Source: Deltaproteobacteria bacterium (GTDB taxonomy: Bacteria > Desulfobacterota > Desulfobulbia > Desulfobulbales > JAGXFP01). Taken from it: a stretch of 64,000 nucleotides of DNA. The DNA is taken from contig JAGVGT010000032.1 in assembly GCA_020056965.1 (NCBI GenBank), positions 174 to 64,173 of the forward strand. The letters run 5' to 3'. This document shows positions 10,227 through 19,897 of the stretch, in pieces. The notes under the pieces were generated by a model. The model saw only the letters and a list, made by a program, of their open reading frames with translations, had not been told where the DNA came from and searched no databases. The translations under genes were made by a program, and so were the position numbers. How positions within the stretch are numbered: position 1 is the stretch's first letter; each line of letters begins with the position of its first letter.

Positions 10227-11504
10227 TTACATCTTGTGTTTGGCGCGGAATTCCTGAACGTTACGCTGCCAGCCGCCTTCAACTTCCTCTTCGGCCCAGA
10301 ACACATAGGGGTTCTCACGAGGACGCTTGACGTGCTGCGGAATGGGCTCAATCTCCATAACCTTGAGGAAAGTGGGCAGACCGACGCGCTGCATAGTCTC
10401 ACCAACCCGCTCACGGTTACGACCTACTTCCATCCACCAATCCCAGATTTTCTCGATATAAAAGACAACCTCTTCGAACTCGGTGTCCGGATCGACCTTG
10501 ACGAAAGGAACGATCATGGTACCCATCTGGGCGCCATCGAGGATCGGGGCCTTAGCACCACACATTACAGAGGCGCCTTTCACAAGACCAGGACGCAAGG
10601 CACGAGGCATGGCGTTGATGCAGTGCATGCAACGGGTACACTCGGCATCATCAATCTTCAGTTCCTCACCTTCCATCCACATGCAACGGGTCGGGCAAAG
10701 GTTGATGACATCCTTCTTGATGTTGAACTTACCGAAGGACTCGCTGATACCACCGGCATTGTTCTTGTATTCGCCGGCTACATACTTCTTCACTTCGGCC
10801 TGATTGATGCGGATATTGTCGCGCCAGGTGCCGATGAGGGAGAAGTCGGAACGGGCGATGGCAGCCACGCAGTCATTGGGGCAACCGGAGAACTTGAATT
10901 TGAACTTGTAGGGGAAAGCAGGGCGATGAATCTCGTCCTGATACTTCATGGTCAGACCATGGCAAACGGCCTGGGTGTCGATACAGGCAAACTCGCAACG
11001 GGCCTTGCCCAGACAGCAGGCGGGGGTCCGCAGGTTGGAGCCGGAGCCACCAAGATCCCAGTTCAGGTCGTGGGTCAATTCGTAGAACAGAGGCTCAAGC
11101 TGGTCGGTACGGGTACCCAACAGAACCAAGTCACCGGTGGAACCGTGCATATTGGTCATACCGGAACCACGCCGCTCCCAAAGGTCACAGACCTTACGAA
11201 GCATTTCGGTGTTGTAGAACTTACTGGAAGGCTGATTGAGACGAACGGTATGGAAGTGGGCCACACCGGGAAACTGCTCGGGAACATCGGAATAACGGCC
11301 GACGATACCACCGCCGTAACCGAAAACACCGACGATGCCACCGTGCTTCCAGTGCGTCATCTTGTCTCTAAAAGATAGTTCCATCTGGCCCAGAATGTCC
11401 CAGCACTGGTCATTCTTAACGGCCTGCCTCTTAAGGTCGGTGACAAAACTAGGCCACGGTCCCTTTTCGAGTTCGTCCATCATGGGAGTGTCATGCTTCG
11501 GCAT
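10227..11504 (-). CDS. dsrA: dissimilatory sulfite reductase alpha subunit
   Basis: GPWPSFV, THWKHGGIVGVFGYGGG, CLGKARC...GCPNDC, CTRCMHC. Confidence 0.99.
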   Translation of the reverse strand: MPKHDTPMMDELEKGPWPSFVTDLKRQAVKNDQCWDILGQMELSFRDKMTHWKHGGIVGVFGYGGGIVGRYSDVPEQFPGVAHFHTVRLNQPSSKFYNTEMLRKVCDLWERRGSGMTNMHGSTGDLVLLGTRTDQLEPLFYELTHDLNWDLGGSGSNLRTPACCLGKARCEFACIDTQAVCHGLTMKYQDEIHRPAFPYKFKFKFSGCPNDCVAAIARSDFSLIGTWRDNIRINQAEVKKYVAGEYKNNAGGISESFGKFNIKKDVINLCPTRCMWMEGEELKIDDAECTRCMHCINAMPRALRPGLVKGASVMCGAKAPILDGAQMGTMIVPFVKVDPDTEFEEVVFYIEKIWDWWMEVGRNRERVGETMQRVGLPTFLKVMEIEPIPQHVKRPRENPYVFWAEEEVEGGWQRNVQEFRAKHKM

Positions 11505-11640
11505 TTCGTTTCCTCCTTAACTTAGTGAGTTTACTGGATAGAGAAACCTTCTCCATGCAGTCCAACCCTCGCCATCCACTCCATAGCAAAGCGCGGACAA
11601 CATGAAAAATACAATTGTGAATGAGCATTCAGAAGAACCG

Positions 11641-11669
11641 ACAATATTCGCCAGCCAGACCTTTGTCAA
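11641..11669 (-). promoter_or_regulatory. sigma70-type promoter for dsrABD
   Basis: TTGACA-N17-TATTGT on the minus strand. Confidence 0.65.
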
Positions 11670-11810
11670 CAAAAAATATGGCGCCTCTCCCATTAATGAA
11701 TAGCCCCTAAAAATGGGCAATACCGGCACCTCCCGGAGGGGCGGCGACCCGCGCAAAGGAACCTCTTAAGCTCTCGCCTGTTTCCGACCCGCCCCGCCTT
11801 TCCGCCACCA

Positions 11811-11839
11811 TTGACAGCCGCTTTTTTTCCCGATATTGT
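11811..11839 (+). promoter_or_regulatory. sigma70-type promoter for the persulfide reductase-like gene
   Basis: TTGACA-N17-TATTGT on the plus strand. Confidence 0.65.
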
Positions 11840-11895
11840 CCCAGACCATTCATCTTCACACGCCTCGGCATAGCATTACCCTTGAGGAGAAAACC

Positions 11896-13620
11896 ATGGC
11901 CCTGAAAATCTTGATCATCGGCGGTGTCGCCGCCGGTCCCAAAACCGCCTGCCGGCTCTTGCGCCTGCTCCCGGACGCCCAGGTCACCATCATCGACCAG
12001 GACAACCTCATCTCCTACGGCGGGTGCGGCATACCATACTATGTGTCCGGCGATGTTTCCGACGAGAAGGAACTGCGCAACACCAGCTTTCACATGACCC
12101 GCGACGAATCTTTTTTCATGCGGGCCAAGGGAGTCAAGGTGCTGACCCGGACCCGGGCCAGCAATATTGACCGCAAACGCAAGCTGGTGGCCGTCGAGAA
12201 TCTCGACTCCGGGGCCAAGGAGGAACTGCCTTATGACCGGCTGGTTCTGACCACCGGTTCCACCCCGGTGATCTTGCCCATTCCCGGCGCCGATCTGAAC
12301 GGAGTCTACACGATCAGCGACCTGCACAAGGCCATCGCCATCAAAGAGCGCTTGGCCAAGGGCGAGGTGGGACGGGCAGTGGTGATCGGCGGCGGCGCCA
12401 TTGGCGTCGAGATGGCCGAGTCCTTCGCCGACCTCTGGGGGGTGGAGACCACCGTCATCGAGTTCATGCCGCAACTGCTGCCCAGCATTCTCGACCCGGT
12501 GGTGGCCGCCATGCTGGCCAAGCACCTGCGCGACAAGGGGGTCACGGTTCACACCTCCGAGGGCGCGACCGCCATCGAAGCCGATGCGCACGGCCAGGCC
12601 TGCCGGGTGGTCACCGCTCAGCGCACCATCGAGGCGGACCTGGTCATCATGGCCGCCGGGGTGCGGCCCCGCAGCCAATTGGCCCAGGAGGCGGGTCTTC
12701 TGGTTTCGCCCCGGGGCGGCATCATCGTCGATGAACGGTTGCAGACCTCCGACCCCAACATTTACGCAGCCGGCGACTGCATCGAGGTCACCCACCTGGT
12801 CTCCGGTCAGAAGTGCCACGCCCCCCTGGGTTCCCTGGCCAACCGGCAGGGCCGGATCGTCGCCGACAATCTGGCCGGCCTGGCCAGCCGGTTTAACGGC
12901 TGGGGCGGCAGCTTCATCATGAAGGCCTTCAAGGTCTGCGTGGGCGCCACCGGCCTCAGTCTGGCGGCCGCCAAGACCGCCGGGTTCAACGCCGACCAGG
13001 CCATCACCGCCCAGTCGGACCGGGCCCATTTCTTTCCGAATCAGACCGTCATCCCGCTGTTCATGGTCTTTGATCGGCCCAGTCGCAAGATTCTAGGCGT
13101 CCAGGGCTTCGGTCCCATGGGCGATGCCGTCCTGGCCCGGATTGACGCCGCCGCCGGCTTGATCGCCCGGGGTGGCACCATCGATGACTGTAGCCAACTG
13201 GACCTGGCCTACGCCCCACCCTTCGCCACCGCCCTGGATGCCCTGAACGCCACCGCCAACGTGGCCGACAACAAGGCCGCCGGCCGCCTGACCACGATCA
13301 GCATCAGCGACTACCTGACCTGGATGGCGAATCCGGCCAGCCAGCCGGAGTGGTTGGCCCTGGACATCCGTCACCCGGCCGAGACGGCCGCCTTCACCGC
13401 CAAATTCGGCCCGCTCTGGCTGGCCATTCCCTACGCCGAGATTCGCGCCCGCCACCAGGAGATCCCCGCCGACAAAACCGCGATCATCATCTGCGATGCC
13501 GGCACCCGCTCCTATGAGGTCCAGTGCGTCCTCAACGCCCACGGCCACCGCAGTCTAGTCCTGGGCGGCGGCTTCAACTGCATCAGGCGGATCGGGGTGG
13601 AGTGGTGGCCAACCGCCTGA
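11896..13620 (+). CDS. FAD-dependent CoA-disulfide/persulfide reductase (Npsr/CoADR-like) with C-terminal rhodanese domain
   Basis: IIGGVAAG, SYGGCGIPY redox Cys, IGGGAIG, IYAAGD, LAYAPPF, rhodanese ICDAGTRS; GAGGAG RBS. Confidence 0.88.
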   Translation: MALKILIIGGVAAGPKTACRLLRLLPDAQVTIIDQDNLISYGGCGIPYYVSGDVSDEKELRNTSFHMTRDESFFMRAKGVKVLTRTRASNIDRKRKLVAVENLDSGAKEELPYDRLVLTTGSTPVILPIPGADLNGVYTISDLHKAIAIKERLAKGEVGRAVVIGGGAIGVEMAESFADLWGVETTVIEFMPQLLPSILDPVVAAMLAKHLRDKGVTVHTSEGATAIEADAHGQACRVVTAQRTIEADLVIMAAGVRPRSQLAQEAGLLVSPRGGIIVDERLQTSDPNIYAAGDCIEVTHLVSGQKCHAPLGSLANRQGRIVADNLAGLASRFNGWGGSFIMKAFKVCVGATGLSLAAAKTAGFNADQAITAQSDRAHFFPNQTVIPLFMVFDRPSRKILGVQGFGPMGDAVLARIDAAAGLIARGGTIDDCSQLDLAYAPPFATALDALNATANVADNKAAGRLTTISISDYLTWMANPASQPEWLALDIRHPAETAAFTAKFGPLWLAIPYAEIRARHQEIPADKTAIIICDAGTRSYEVQCVLNAHGHRSLVLGGGFNCIRRIGVEWWPTA

Positions 13621-14162
13621 ACCGCGCCATTCTGCTGCTGGCGCTGCTGCTCACCGGCGCGCCGGTCGCCGCTGGCGGACCAGCCTTACCCCCGGCCGCG
13701 GCGGTGCAATTGCTGGCCGATGACGCCTATTACCCGGCGCTCATCGGCCAGATCGGCGCCGCCCAAAAAAGCATCGATCTGGTGATGTATCTCTGGAAAA
13801 TTTCCGCCAGGATTGACAACAAGCCGGGGGAATTGGTCCGCGCCCTGGGAGCAGCCGGTCGGAGGGGAGTTACCGTCCGGGTGGTTCTGGAAAACTCCGG
13901 CCATGACGAGGAGTTGAACCGGACCAACCGCGAGGCCGCCGCGCAGTTGCAACTGGAAGGGATCACCGCTGTTTTCGACTCGCCAGCCGTCACCACCCAC
14001 GTCAAAATGGTGGTGGTCGATCAGCGCTTCTGCTTGATCGGCAGCCACAATCTGACCCAATCGGCCCTGGGGAGAAACCACGAAATATCGATATTGTTGG
14101 ACAATCCCCGCCTGGCCGGAGAACTCGGCACCTACGTGGAAAGTTTACTCGGGAAACGCTGA
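13602..14162 (+). CDS. exported single-HKD phospholipase D / Nuc-like protein
   Basis: signal-peptide-like N-terminus, HVKMVVVD and GSHN motifs; GTG start uncertain (13602 or 13605). Confidence 0.8.
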   Translation: MVANRLNRAILLLALLLTGAPVAAGGPALPPAAAVQLLADDAYYPALIGQIGAAQKSIDLVMYLWKISARIDNKPGELVRALGAAGRRGVTVRVVLENSGHDEELNRTNREAAAQLQLEGITAVFDSPAVTTHVKMVVVDQRFCLIGSHNLTQSALGRNHEISILLDNPRLAGELGTYVESLLGKR

Positions 14163-14178
14163 TCATACTTTGCTACTG

Positions 14179-14270
14179 GAATTCCGAATCCAGAATTCAG
14201 GATGCAGAAGACAGAGGATCACCAGGGAGAAGAACCTTCCTCTTTCCCCTGAATTCTAGCTCCTGGATTC
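14179..14270. repeat. inverted arrays of degenerate 7-bp tandem repeats
   Basis: gaattcc-gaatcca-gaattca-ggatgca-gaagaca on +, and tgaattc-tagctcc-tggattc as the reverse complement. Confidence 0.6.
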
Positions 14271-14282
14271 TTGAGACTGCTC

Positions 14283-15371
14283 CTATACCGCCCCCAGCTC
14301 CTGCAGGACTGTCTCGATCTGCGCCTCGCTGACCGCATCGCTGATCTTCACCCGCCCTACTCCTTCCGGCAGGACAAAGAAGACCCGCCCGCCGACACTC
14401 TTCTTGTCGGACTTCAGATATTCCTTGATCCGGCTGATTCGGTAGCCGGCCGGGATGCGCACCGGCAGGCCGTAGGCCTCCAGCAGCGCCGTGATCCTGG
14501 TTGAGTCGGCGGTCGTCAACAGACCCATGGCCACCGCCAGCCGATTAACTGCCACCATGCCGATGGCCACCGCCAGGCCGTGCGGCAACTGGTAGCCGGA
14601 GGCCGCCTCGACGGCGTGACCAATACTGTGACCATAATTAAGGATGCGGCGCAGGTCGGCCTCGCGCTCATCAGCCGCCACCACCTCGGCCTTGATGGCG
14701 CAGCAGCGCCCGATCATCTCGGCCAGCACCGCCGGATCAAGGCCAAGGATCGCCGTCCGTTGGGCTTCGAGAAAAGCGAAGAACTCGCCATCGCGAATCA
14801 CCCCGTACTTGATGACCTCGGCCAGTCCGTTCAGCAGTTCCGCGGCCGGTAGCGTACTCAGGACCCGGGAATCGATGTAGACCGCCCGGGGCTGATAGAA
14901 GGTCCCCACCAGATTCTTACCCTCCGGGATATCGACGCCGGTCTTGCCGCCCACCGAACTGTCCACCTGGGCCAGCAGGCTGGTGGGCACTTGGACAAAG
15001 GGAATCCCGCGCATAAATATGGAGGCCAGAAAACCGGTGATATCGCCGGTGACCCCTCCGCCCAAGGCGATCAAGGCGTCCTTGCGATCCACCCCCAGCC
15101 GGGCCAGACCGCTGGCCAGATCGGCAACGGTATTCAGATGCTTGCTGCCCTCCCCGTGGGGAAAGGTCAGCATCTCAAAATCCAGGCCGGCATCCCGCAG
15201 GGATTCAGCCAACCGCTTCCCGTACATCCCGGCCACCCGGTCGTCGGCAACCACCACATAGCGTTTGCCGATCCGGCGGGCGAGCAAGTCCGTGCCAACC
15301 CAATCCAGCACACCCTCGCCGATAAAAATTGGATAGCTGCGTTCATCCAGGCCGACCCTGAGCTCTTTCAT
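14283..15371 (-). CDS. aroB: 3-dehydroquinate synthase
   Basis: ALGGGVTGD, PTSLLAQVDSSVGGKTG, LNYGHSIGHAVE; start at MKELRV. Confidence 0.96.
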   Translation of the reverse strand: MKELRVGLDERSYPIFIGEGVLDWVGTDLLARRIGKRYVVVADDRVAGMYGKRLAESLRDAGLDFEMLTFPHGEGSKHLNTVADLASGLARLGVDRKDALIALGGGVTGDITGFLASIFMRGIPFVQVPTSLLAQVDSSVGGKTGVDIPEGKNLVGTFYQPRAVYIDSRVLSTLPAAELLNGLAEVIKYGVIRDGEFFAFLEAQRTAILGLDPAVLAEMIGRCCAIKAEVVAADEREADLRRILNYGHSIGHAVEAASGYQLPHGLAVAIGMVAVNRLAVAMGLLTTADSTRITALLEAYGLPVRIPAGYRISRIKEYLKSDKKSVGGRVFFVLPEGVGRVKISDAVSEAQIETVLQELGAV

Positions 15372-15509
15372 CGCTTCTCCTTGTTCCGCGCGCGTTAAAA
15401 TAATGCCTGGCACTATAACCAGTTGGCACGACAATGCAATATGCTTGACAAGCCTGCCCAACCCCTCCAGAATACTAAAAATATCAAAATACTCCGGGGA
15501 GGAACTGAC

Positions 15510-15980
15510 ATGACAACCAGCAAGAAAGGCCGCAAACTTGAAAAGGGCTTAAAGAAAGCCGCTACGTCCATCGGCAAGACCCTGGCTCGTTCCCAGGTCA
15601 AGATCGAAAAGACCGGGCGCCGGGCCGTGAAAAGCGCCGAGAAACTGGTGGAGGGGATCACCCACTCGGCCGAAGAGGTCCTGGCCAAGACGGCCTCCAA
15701 ACTCAAGCAGGCCGAAAAGCGGCTCAGCGGCGAGCAGGAGAAGGGAGCTTCGCGCTTCAAAGGCGTTGGCCAGAAATCGGTGGCCGAGGCAATCGGGATC
15801 CTGGCCGGGGAGATCAAGATCTGCATGGAAGAGCATGAAGAACTCGGGGCCTCCAAACTGCTCAGCCTCATGAAAGCCCGGGGCCACAGCGACGCCATGG
15901 TCTTCGCGGCCATGGGCTGGCTGGTCCGGGACAAGAAGATCGTCATCTCCGAGGATGGCAAGAAGGTTTCTCTGGAGTAA
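15510..15980 (+). CDS. Lys/Ala-rich helical N-terminus plus DUF2582-like winged helix
   Basis: GGAGG RBS; IGILAGEI...AAMGWLVRDKKI C-terminal pattern. Confidence 0.7.
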   Translation: MTTSKKGRKLEKGLKKAATSIGKTLARSQVKIEKTGRRAVKSAEKLVEGITHSAEEVLAKTASKLKQAEKRLSGEQEKGASRFKGVGQKSVAEAIGILAGEIKICMEEHEELGASKLLSLMKARGHSDAMVFAAMGWLVRDKKIVISEDGKKVSLE

Positions 15981-16023
15981 CCCCTGCCCCCTTGTCCTCA
16001 ACCCGCCCCACGCATTTTTCAGC

Positions 16024-16063
16024 AAAAAAAAGGGGAGGCACCTGACGGCGCCTCCCCTTTTTT
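16024..16063. terminator. bidirectional intrinsic terminator
   Basis: A8-ggggaggc...gcctcccc-T6 between convergent genes. Confidence 0.85.
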
Positions 16064-16086
16064 GATACCTATTTCAGCAGCAGCTA

Positions 16087-17367
16087 CTACTTCATAACGG
16101 CGCCGGAAGCGGCACCCTGCATCTTGACCTCAACCTTCTCGGTCAAGTTCTGGTAGTACTCTTTCAGGATGACCAGAACCTCGTCACGCCCGAAGTGAGG
16201 CACGATCTCGGCGCCTTCGGAAAGGGCCTTGCGCAGCTTGGTACCGGAAAGGATAACGCGGTCTTCCTTGCCGTGCGGGCAGGTACGCAGAGAGGCCATA
16301 CCGTCGCACTTGTGGCAGTAGAAGGTCCAGTCAATCTTCAGCGGCATGCACTTCAGGGCCTTGCCCTCGGCCAGATTGGCAGGAACCTTGTCGAAGATGG
16401 TCTGAGCTTCGAAGAGGCCATAGAAATCTCCAACACCGGCATGGTCGCGGCCGATGATCATCTTGTTGACGCCGTAGTTCTGACGGAAGGTGGCGTGCAG
16501 CAGGGCCTCGCGAGGACCGGCATAACGCATGTCCAGCGGGTAACCGGCCTGGATGACGTTGTCCTTGACGAAGTAGTGCTCGACCAGACAATCGATGGCC
16601 TTGACGCGGACGTCGGCAGGGATATCGCCCTTCTTCAGGTTACCGATCAGGGAGTGGATCAGAACGCCGTCGCAAACCTCGATGGCGATCTTGGCCAGGA
16701 ACTCGTGCGAACGATGCATCGGGTTACGCAGCTGGAGGGCGGCAACATCGGACCAGCCGCGCTCGTCGAACATGGCGCGGGTCTCAGCTGGGGTCAGGTA
16801 AACGCCCTTGTACTTCTCCGGGTATTCGCCCTCGGAGAGAACCTTGACGGTACCGGCCAGGTTGAATTCCTTCTGGGCCATAACCATCTTGACGCCGGGA
16901 TGATCTTCCATGGCGATCTTCCAGAACTTGTCGTCGGCAGACTCTTCGCCTTCGCCCTTGAAGACCAGCTCACATTCCCACTTCTTGTCGGCCTCGGTCA
17001 TTTCGAACTTCTCAGAGACCTTCATGGTGGCGTAGACAACACCATCATTCTCCAGAGCGATCTCGTCACCAACCTTGATGGCGTCGGCGTCGGCCTTGCC
17101 ACAGTCAAGGGTAACCGGAACCGGCCAGAAGGTACCATCAGCCATGGTGAACTTCTCGCAAACACCCTTCCAGTCCGCCTTGCCCATGAAACCGGACAGG
17201 GGGCTGAAGCCGCCGATGCCCATCATGATCAAGTCGCCTTTAGCGCGGGCGCTGATCTGGATCTTCTTCATGCCTTTGGCTTTTTCCTGCTCGGCGGTAA
17301 GCTCATTGCCATGCAGCTTGCAGCATACCAGGCCTTTTCCACCATGTGGGGCTACTAATTTGGACAT
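16087..17367 (-). CDS. sat: sulfate adenylyltransferase (dissimilatory)
   Basis: [44 protein letters not shown]. Confidence 0.98.
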   Translation of the reverse strand: MSKLVAPHGGKGLVCCKLHGNELTAEQEKAKGMKKIQISARAKGDLIMMGIGGFSPLSGFMGKADWKGVCEKFTMADGTFWPVPVTLDCGKADADAIKVGDEIALENDGVVYATMKVSEKFEMTEADKKWECELVFKGEGEESADDKFWKIAMEDHPGVKMVMAQKEFNLAGTVKVLSEGEYPEKYKGVYLTPAETRAMFDERGWSDVAALQLRNPMHRSHEFLAKIAIEVCDGVLIHSLIGNLKKGDIPADVRVKAIDCLVEHYFVKDNVIQAGYPLDMRYAGPREALLHATFRQNYGVNKMIIGRDHAGVGDFYGLFEAQTIFDKVPANLAEGKALKCMPLKIDWTFYCHKCDGMASLRTCPHGKEDRVILSGTKLRKALSEGAEIVPHFGRDEVLVILKEYYQNLTEKVEVKMQGAASGAVMK

Positions 17368-17554
17368 TTTAAGTCTCCTTGGTTGGGGTTTTATATAACA
17401 AAAATGAATATTGACTCAGAAAACGAAGCCTTACGATATAAAGGCGACAACGGTAATTGTCAAGGAAAAATTAGGTTGATTTTGTGACCTGAAAACATTG
17501 TCATAACCGCTGAGAAAGCGGGCCGAACAGCGCTTTCCGCCGCCCGGCCTTCGC

Positions 17555-18333
17555 TCAGTCCACCCCGCCCCCGGCGGCCTCGTCGGGGGCAACTTCCGCC
17601 GCCGCTGGCGGCGCAGGCCGGACCAACAGGCGCACGGCGATGATCCCCACCTCGTACAGGACGATCAATGGCGTCGCCATCAGCAGCTGGTTGATCACGT
17701 CCGGGGTGGGGGTGAGGATGGCGGCAGTGATGAAGGCCAGCAGAATCGCGTAGCTCCGGTACCTGGTAAGGAAACGAACATTAATGATCCCCAGCTTGGC
17801 CAGAAAAACCATCAGGACCGGCAGCTCAAAGATCACCCCGAAGGCCAGCAGCAACCGCAGGCTCAACGAGAAGTATTCGCTGACCGTCGGCAACGCGTAG
17901 AGATAGTCGTTGGAGTAGCCGGCCAGAAAGCGGAAGGCGGGGGGAAAGACCACCAGATAGCCGAACAGTCCGCCGCCCAGGAAACAGACCGTGGAGATAA
18001 CGGTGAAGATCAGCAGTCCCTTTTTTTCATGCCGGTAGAGGCCGGGGGCGACAAAGCGCCAGACCTGCAGGAGCAGCACCGGGCTGGCCAGCAGCGCCCC
18101 GCAGACCAGGGCCAGCTTTAGATAAAAAAAAAGGCCTCCTGGTAGGAGGTGAAGATCAGCGAGGAGCGGTCCGGCAGGACTTCATAGAGGGGTTTAAAGA
18201 ACCAGGCGCCGATCTCCTGAATATAATAGTAGGAAATCGCAAAGCCGACGGCCACCGCCAGGGACGCGTTGATCAGGCAGCTGCGCAGCTCGCGCAGGTG
18301 CTGGGTCAGGGGCTGTTTTTCCAGTTCATCCAT
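17555..18333 (-). pseudogene. tatC: twin-arginine translocase TatC, frameshifted at a T9 run (real change or sequencing error)
   Basis: N-part HLRELR (18333-18118) and C-part QVWRFVAPGLY / FELP / LTPTPD in different frames; one extra T restores a 259-aa ORF. Confidence 0.88.
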
Positions 18334-18517
18334 AGGGCTTGCCGAACAGCTCGGGGTTGGGAAGGTTGGGCCGGAACCGCAAACAGCCGCCATAATACCC
18401 GCGCCCTCCGAACTTCACAACCTTTTGCACCGGCTATTTTGTCGCAGCCGCCAACTGTCGGCGACGTCATCCAAAAGCGGCGCCAGCCCCAAGGATGGTT
18501 GCCCTGGCGATGCGATC

Positions 18518-18622
18518 GAAGCCTTCGCTATCTGCTTCGTCGTTTCCCTCCTCGCAATGACGAGGTAGGCAGTCATTGCGAGGAGGGGCAGAAGCCCCGA
18601 CGCGGCAGGCAAGCGAAGCTTC
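18518..18622. repeat. REP-like long palindrome
   Basis: perfect 16-bp inverted repeat ccctcctcgcaatgac / gtcattgcgaggaggg (18546-18587) with an imperfect outer stem. Confidence 0.75.
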
Positions 18623-18719
18623 CATCTACTCGCCGAGGCACCGGGACAATGTCCAGCCCCGCCACATGACAATGCCTGCAAATCTTCAAGGTGCGAAACT
18701 ATTGATCAAGCCGTTCAAA

Positions 18720-19556
18720 TCAGCTCCTTTTCGGTGCCGTCTCCCAAACCAGCAAGGCCAGCTTGCGCTCCCGCCCCCAGTGATAGCCGCCCAGCGCCCC
18801 GGTCTCCCGGATCACCCGATGACAGGGGATCAGGTAGCTTAAGGGGTTCTGCCCCACCGCCTGCCCCACCGCCCGGGCGCCGCCGGGTTTGCCCACAGCC
18901 GCCGCCAGCCGCCCGTAGCTGGTGAGGGTGCCGGGCCGGATCTGCAACAAGGCCCGCCAGACCAAGACCTGAAAGGGGGTGCCGCGCACCAGGGCCCGCA
19001 GGGCGGGCTGGGGGTGGGTGGAATCGGGGTGGACAAAAATCCGGGCGGCCAGCTGGGCTGCAGTTGCATCATCCCGCCACAACCGCGCCCTTGGCCACTC
19101 CGCCTGCAACTCGGCCAGCTCCGCGCCCCCATCGACCGACTCGACGAAGGAGAGATGACAGATCCCCCGGGGACTCTCGCCGATCAGCACCCGCCCAAAA
19201 GGACTCTCGGCAAAACCGGCGGAAAGCGTCCAACCGGCCCCGCCAGTTTTCATTTCACCAGGCGAGGCCGCCTCAAGATTCACGCAGAGATCATGCAAGC
19301 GGCCGGGTCCGGAAAGACCGGTAACCAGGGCGCTGTCCAGCACGCTTTCGCCCTGCCGGAGCAACTCCTTGGCATGGGCGAGGGTCAGACACTGCAGAAA
19401 ATCCTTGGGGGTGATCCCCGCCCAGGCGGAGAAAAGACGATGGAGATGAAACTGGCTCAACCCGGCGATTGCCGCCAGGGCCACCAGATTGGGTTGCTCG
19501 GTGTGATGTTCATCCAGATAGCGGATAATCCTGGCAATGCGCTGATAATCGTCCAT
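18720..19556 (-). CDS. AraC-HTH plus methylated-DNA--protein-cysteine methyltransferase (Ada/Ogt-like)
   Basis: LSQFHLHRLF HTH, GTPFQ, IPCHRV active site; start 19556 or 19565. Confidence 0.92.
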   Translation of the reverse strand: MDDYQRIARIIRYLDEHHTEQPNLVALAAIAGLSQFHLHRLFSAWAGITPKDFLQCLTLAHAKELLRQGESVLDSALVTGLSGPGRLHDLCVNLEAASPGEMKTGGAGWTLSAGFAESPFGRVLIGESPRGICHLSFVESVDGGAELAELQAEWPRARLWRDDATAAQLAARIFVHPDSTHPQPALRALVRGTPFQVLVWRALLQIRPGTLTSYGRLAAAVGKPGGARAVGQAVGQNPLSYLIPCHRVIRETGALGGYHWGRERKLALLVWETAPKRS

Positions 19557-19677
19557 GTGGCCCATTATGCCACTGAACGATTACCTCTCCCACCCGATTC
19601 TTGCGGGGATAGCATAACCTTGAGATCAGGCCACGGCTGTAGCGCCTGCCGCGAATTACCATTCGCCTCGTAAAGGT

Positions 19678-19891
19678 CTCAACTTTCGGAGTTTAACTTT
19701 TGTCTGATTTCACAAAGAGTTACATGAAACGAATCGCTATCGATTCGTCATGCCGGACTTGATCCGGCATCCAGAAATCGTCGTGAGGTCACAAAACAGG
19801 ATTCCGGCTAAAAGCATGCCGGAATGACGAGTGAGACTAATCGCTGCAATGCCCATAATTACAGCCTGTTACATCAACTACGAAAGCTTAG
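19678..19891. mobile_element. MITE-like non-autonomous element with an internal REP-like hairpin
   Basis: imperfect TIRs CTCAACTTTCGGAGTT / CTAAGCTTTCGTAGTT (13/16) flanked by a direct repeat TAAAGGT. Confidence 0.72.
19745..19830. repeat. REP-like double hairpin (GTCATGCCGG...CCGGAATGAC)
   Basis: tgccggacttgatccggca and attccggctaaaagcatgccggaat, enclosed by tcgtcat / atgacga. Confidence 0.75.
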
Positions 19892-19897
19892 TAAAGG

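Noticed and set aside
17430..17500. Rex operator or promoter upstream of sat
   Set aside because: Only a TTGTGA half-site; a perfect -35 (TTGACA) is present but the -10 is ambiguous.
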